From: Nemertoderma westbladi
Taxonomy: Eukaryota > Animalia > Xenacoelomorpha
NCBI GenBank assembly: GCA_032718475.1
Contig: JAUCBJ010005266.1
Coordinates: forward strand, 1-33,805
DNA: 33,805 bases
Reading direction: 5' to 3'
Positions 32,600 through 33,805 of the stretch are shown here, piece by piece (positions within the stretch are counted from its first letter, which is position 1; every line of letters starts with the position of its first letter). A program made the translations under genes and the position numbers. A model generated the notes under the pieces. The model was not told where the DNA came from, ran no database searches, and worked only from the letters and a program-made list of their open reading frames with translations.

Positions 32600-33805
32600 C
32601 GTGCTTCCTCCAATAAGCATAGCTGGCCGAGTGTAATCCTTGTTTTTCATACGAACTTTAACCGACCTAACAATGCCACACTACCAGAAAAAGTTTATAC
32701 TACTCTGCCTAGTGGCCATTGTCCATGTGGGGTGTTCGGTTCAATCACGGGCACAATATCATTCACACTCAGATTGCGGTGCTCATGGAGCCACACTCTA
32801 CGTTCAATAAGTGAAAGCACATATTCTCTCATCCATCGCCGCCAGAATTGGCTGGTGATAGCTTGAGTAGCTTTCCACAAACTCTTAGAACATATATCTT
32901 TGTCGTCAAAGATTCCAGGAGGGAGGTTTGGATTTGCTCGACCTAACAGTATATGGTTAGGTGTTAGAGCTTCTGGGTCATTTGGATCCACGCTGACATG
33001 AGTTAAAGGACGACTGTTGAGAAGACTTTCAACTTCAGCCAAGACAGTCATAAGGAGTTCATCAGAAACTAATTGATTACCAAGAACAATTTTAAGAGCT
33101 TTCATAGCTGACTGAACTGGTCGTTCCCAACTTCCTCCAAAGTGAGGACCTGATGGAGGGTTGAAATACCACTTGATACCCTTCTGAGATAATGCATCGA
33201 CAATAACCTCTTGATTCCAACTGTCAAGAGATTGACGAAGTTCCTTTTCACCACAAGTGAAATTCGAACCATTATCGCTATACACAATTGAGGGGTTTCC
33301 ACGACGAGCAATCATGCGTCGGAATGCCATCAGAAAAGAATTAGTATCTAATGAATAGGCGAGCTCTAGATGAACTGCGCGAGTTACGAGACATGTTGTG
33401 AGAAGGACATAACGTTTAATGGACCTACGCAATAACTTGGTGTAGAATGGACCCATGTAGTCAATTCCAATATTTACAAATGTAAAGTCATGGGGGAAAG
33501 ACGAGGACGTGGCAGTGCCGCCATCAGTGGTGTTTCGGGCTGTACACGGCGTTTCTTACAGACGAGGCACTTATTTAAGACCTTCTTCACATAAAGTCTA
33601 CCTGAAGGATCCCAAAAAGATTGCCTGAGGGCATTTAGGGTCTGCTCCACACCTTCATGTAATACATTATCATGGACATCCTCAATGATAAGCTTGGTGA
33701 GATGGGCATCTTTAGGTAAGATGACTGGGTGCCGCGTTGATATGGAGAGATGAGATTTGCTAATCCTACCACCTACGACAAGCAAACCAGACTCATTAAG
33801 AATTG
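32600..33805 (-). mobile_element. Second BEL/Pao element: integrase region, degenerate, runs off the window end
   Basis: VGGRI…HPVILPK…HEGV…CLVC…MAALP; (fs) GIDYMGP…TCLVTRAVHLEL…YSDNGSNF…PHFGGSWER…LNSRPLT…LTPNHIL…FWRRW…WPLGRV*. Much more AT-rich than element 1, so a different family. Confidence 0.93.

Overview
AT-rich, repeat-dense eukaryotic (probably invertebrate animal) DNA made almost entirely of nested transposable-element relics around one host gene, an intronless class-A-like 7TM GPCR at 11127-12390 with one frameshift. The dominant feature is a ~11.7 kb minus-strand BEL/Pao LTR retrotransposon (~17330-29019). It has a candidate 5' LTR and a single ~2870-codon gag-PR-RT-RNaseH-IN frame broken by two in-frame stops and several frameshifts. 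After integrase there is no 3' LTR. Instead there is a 35-bp hairpin-bearing tandem array followed by an extra same-strand ORF that reads as a DEDDy (WRN/EXD/RNase D-like) 3'-5' exonuclease in the env position, which is the most unusual signal in the window. The element is inserted into an intron-containing piggyBac transposase and abuts a decayed divergent Helitron-like HUH Rep gene. Also present: a second BEL/Pao 3' end, RTE and CR1-type LINE fragments, hAT-like, P-like and PHD fragments, several MITEs/foldbacks and a 19-bp minisatellite. All family calls come from motif recognition by eye, not database searches.
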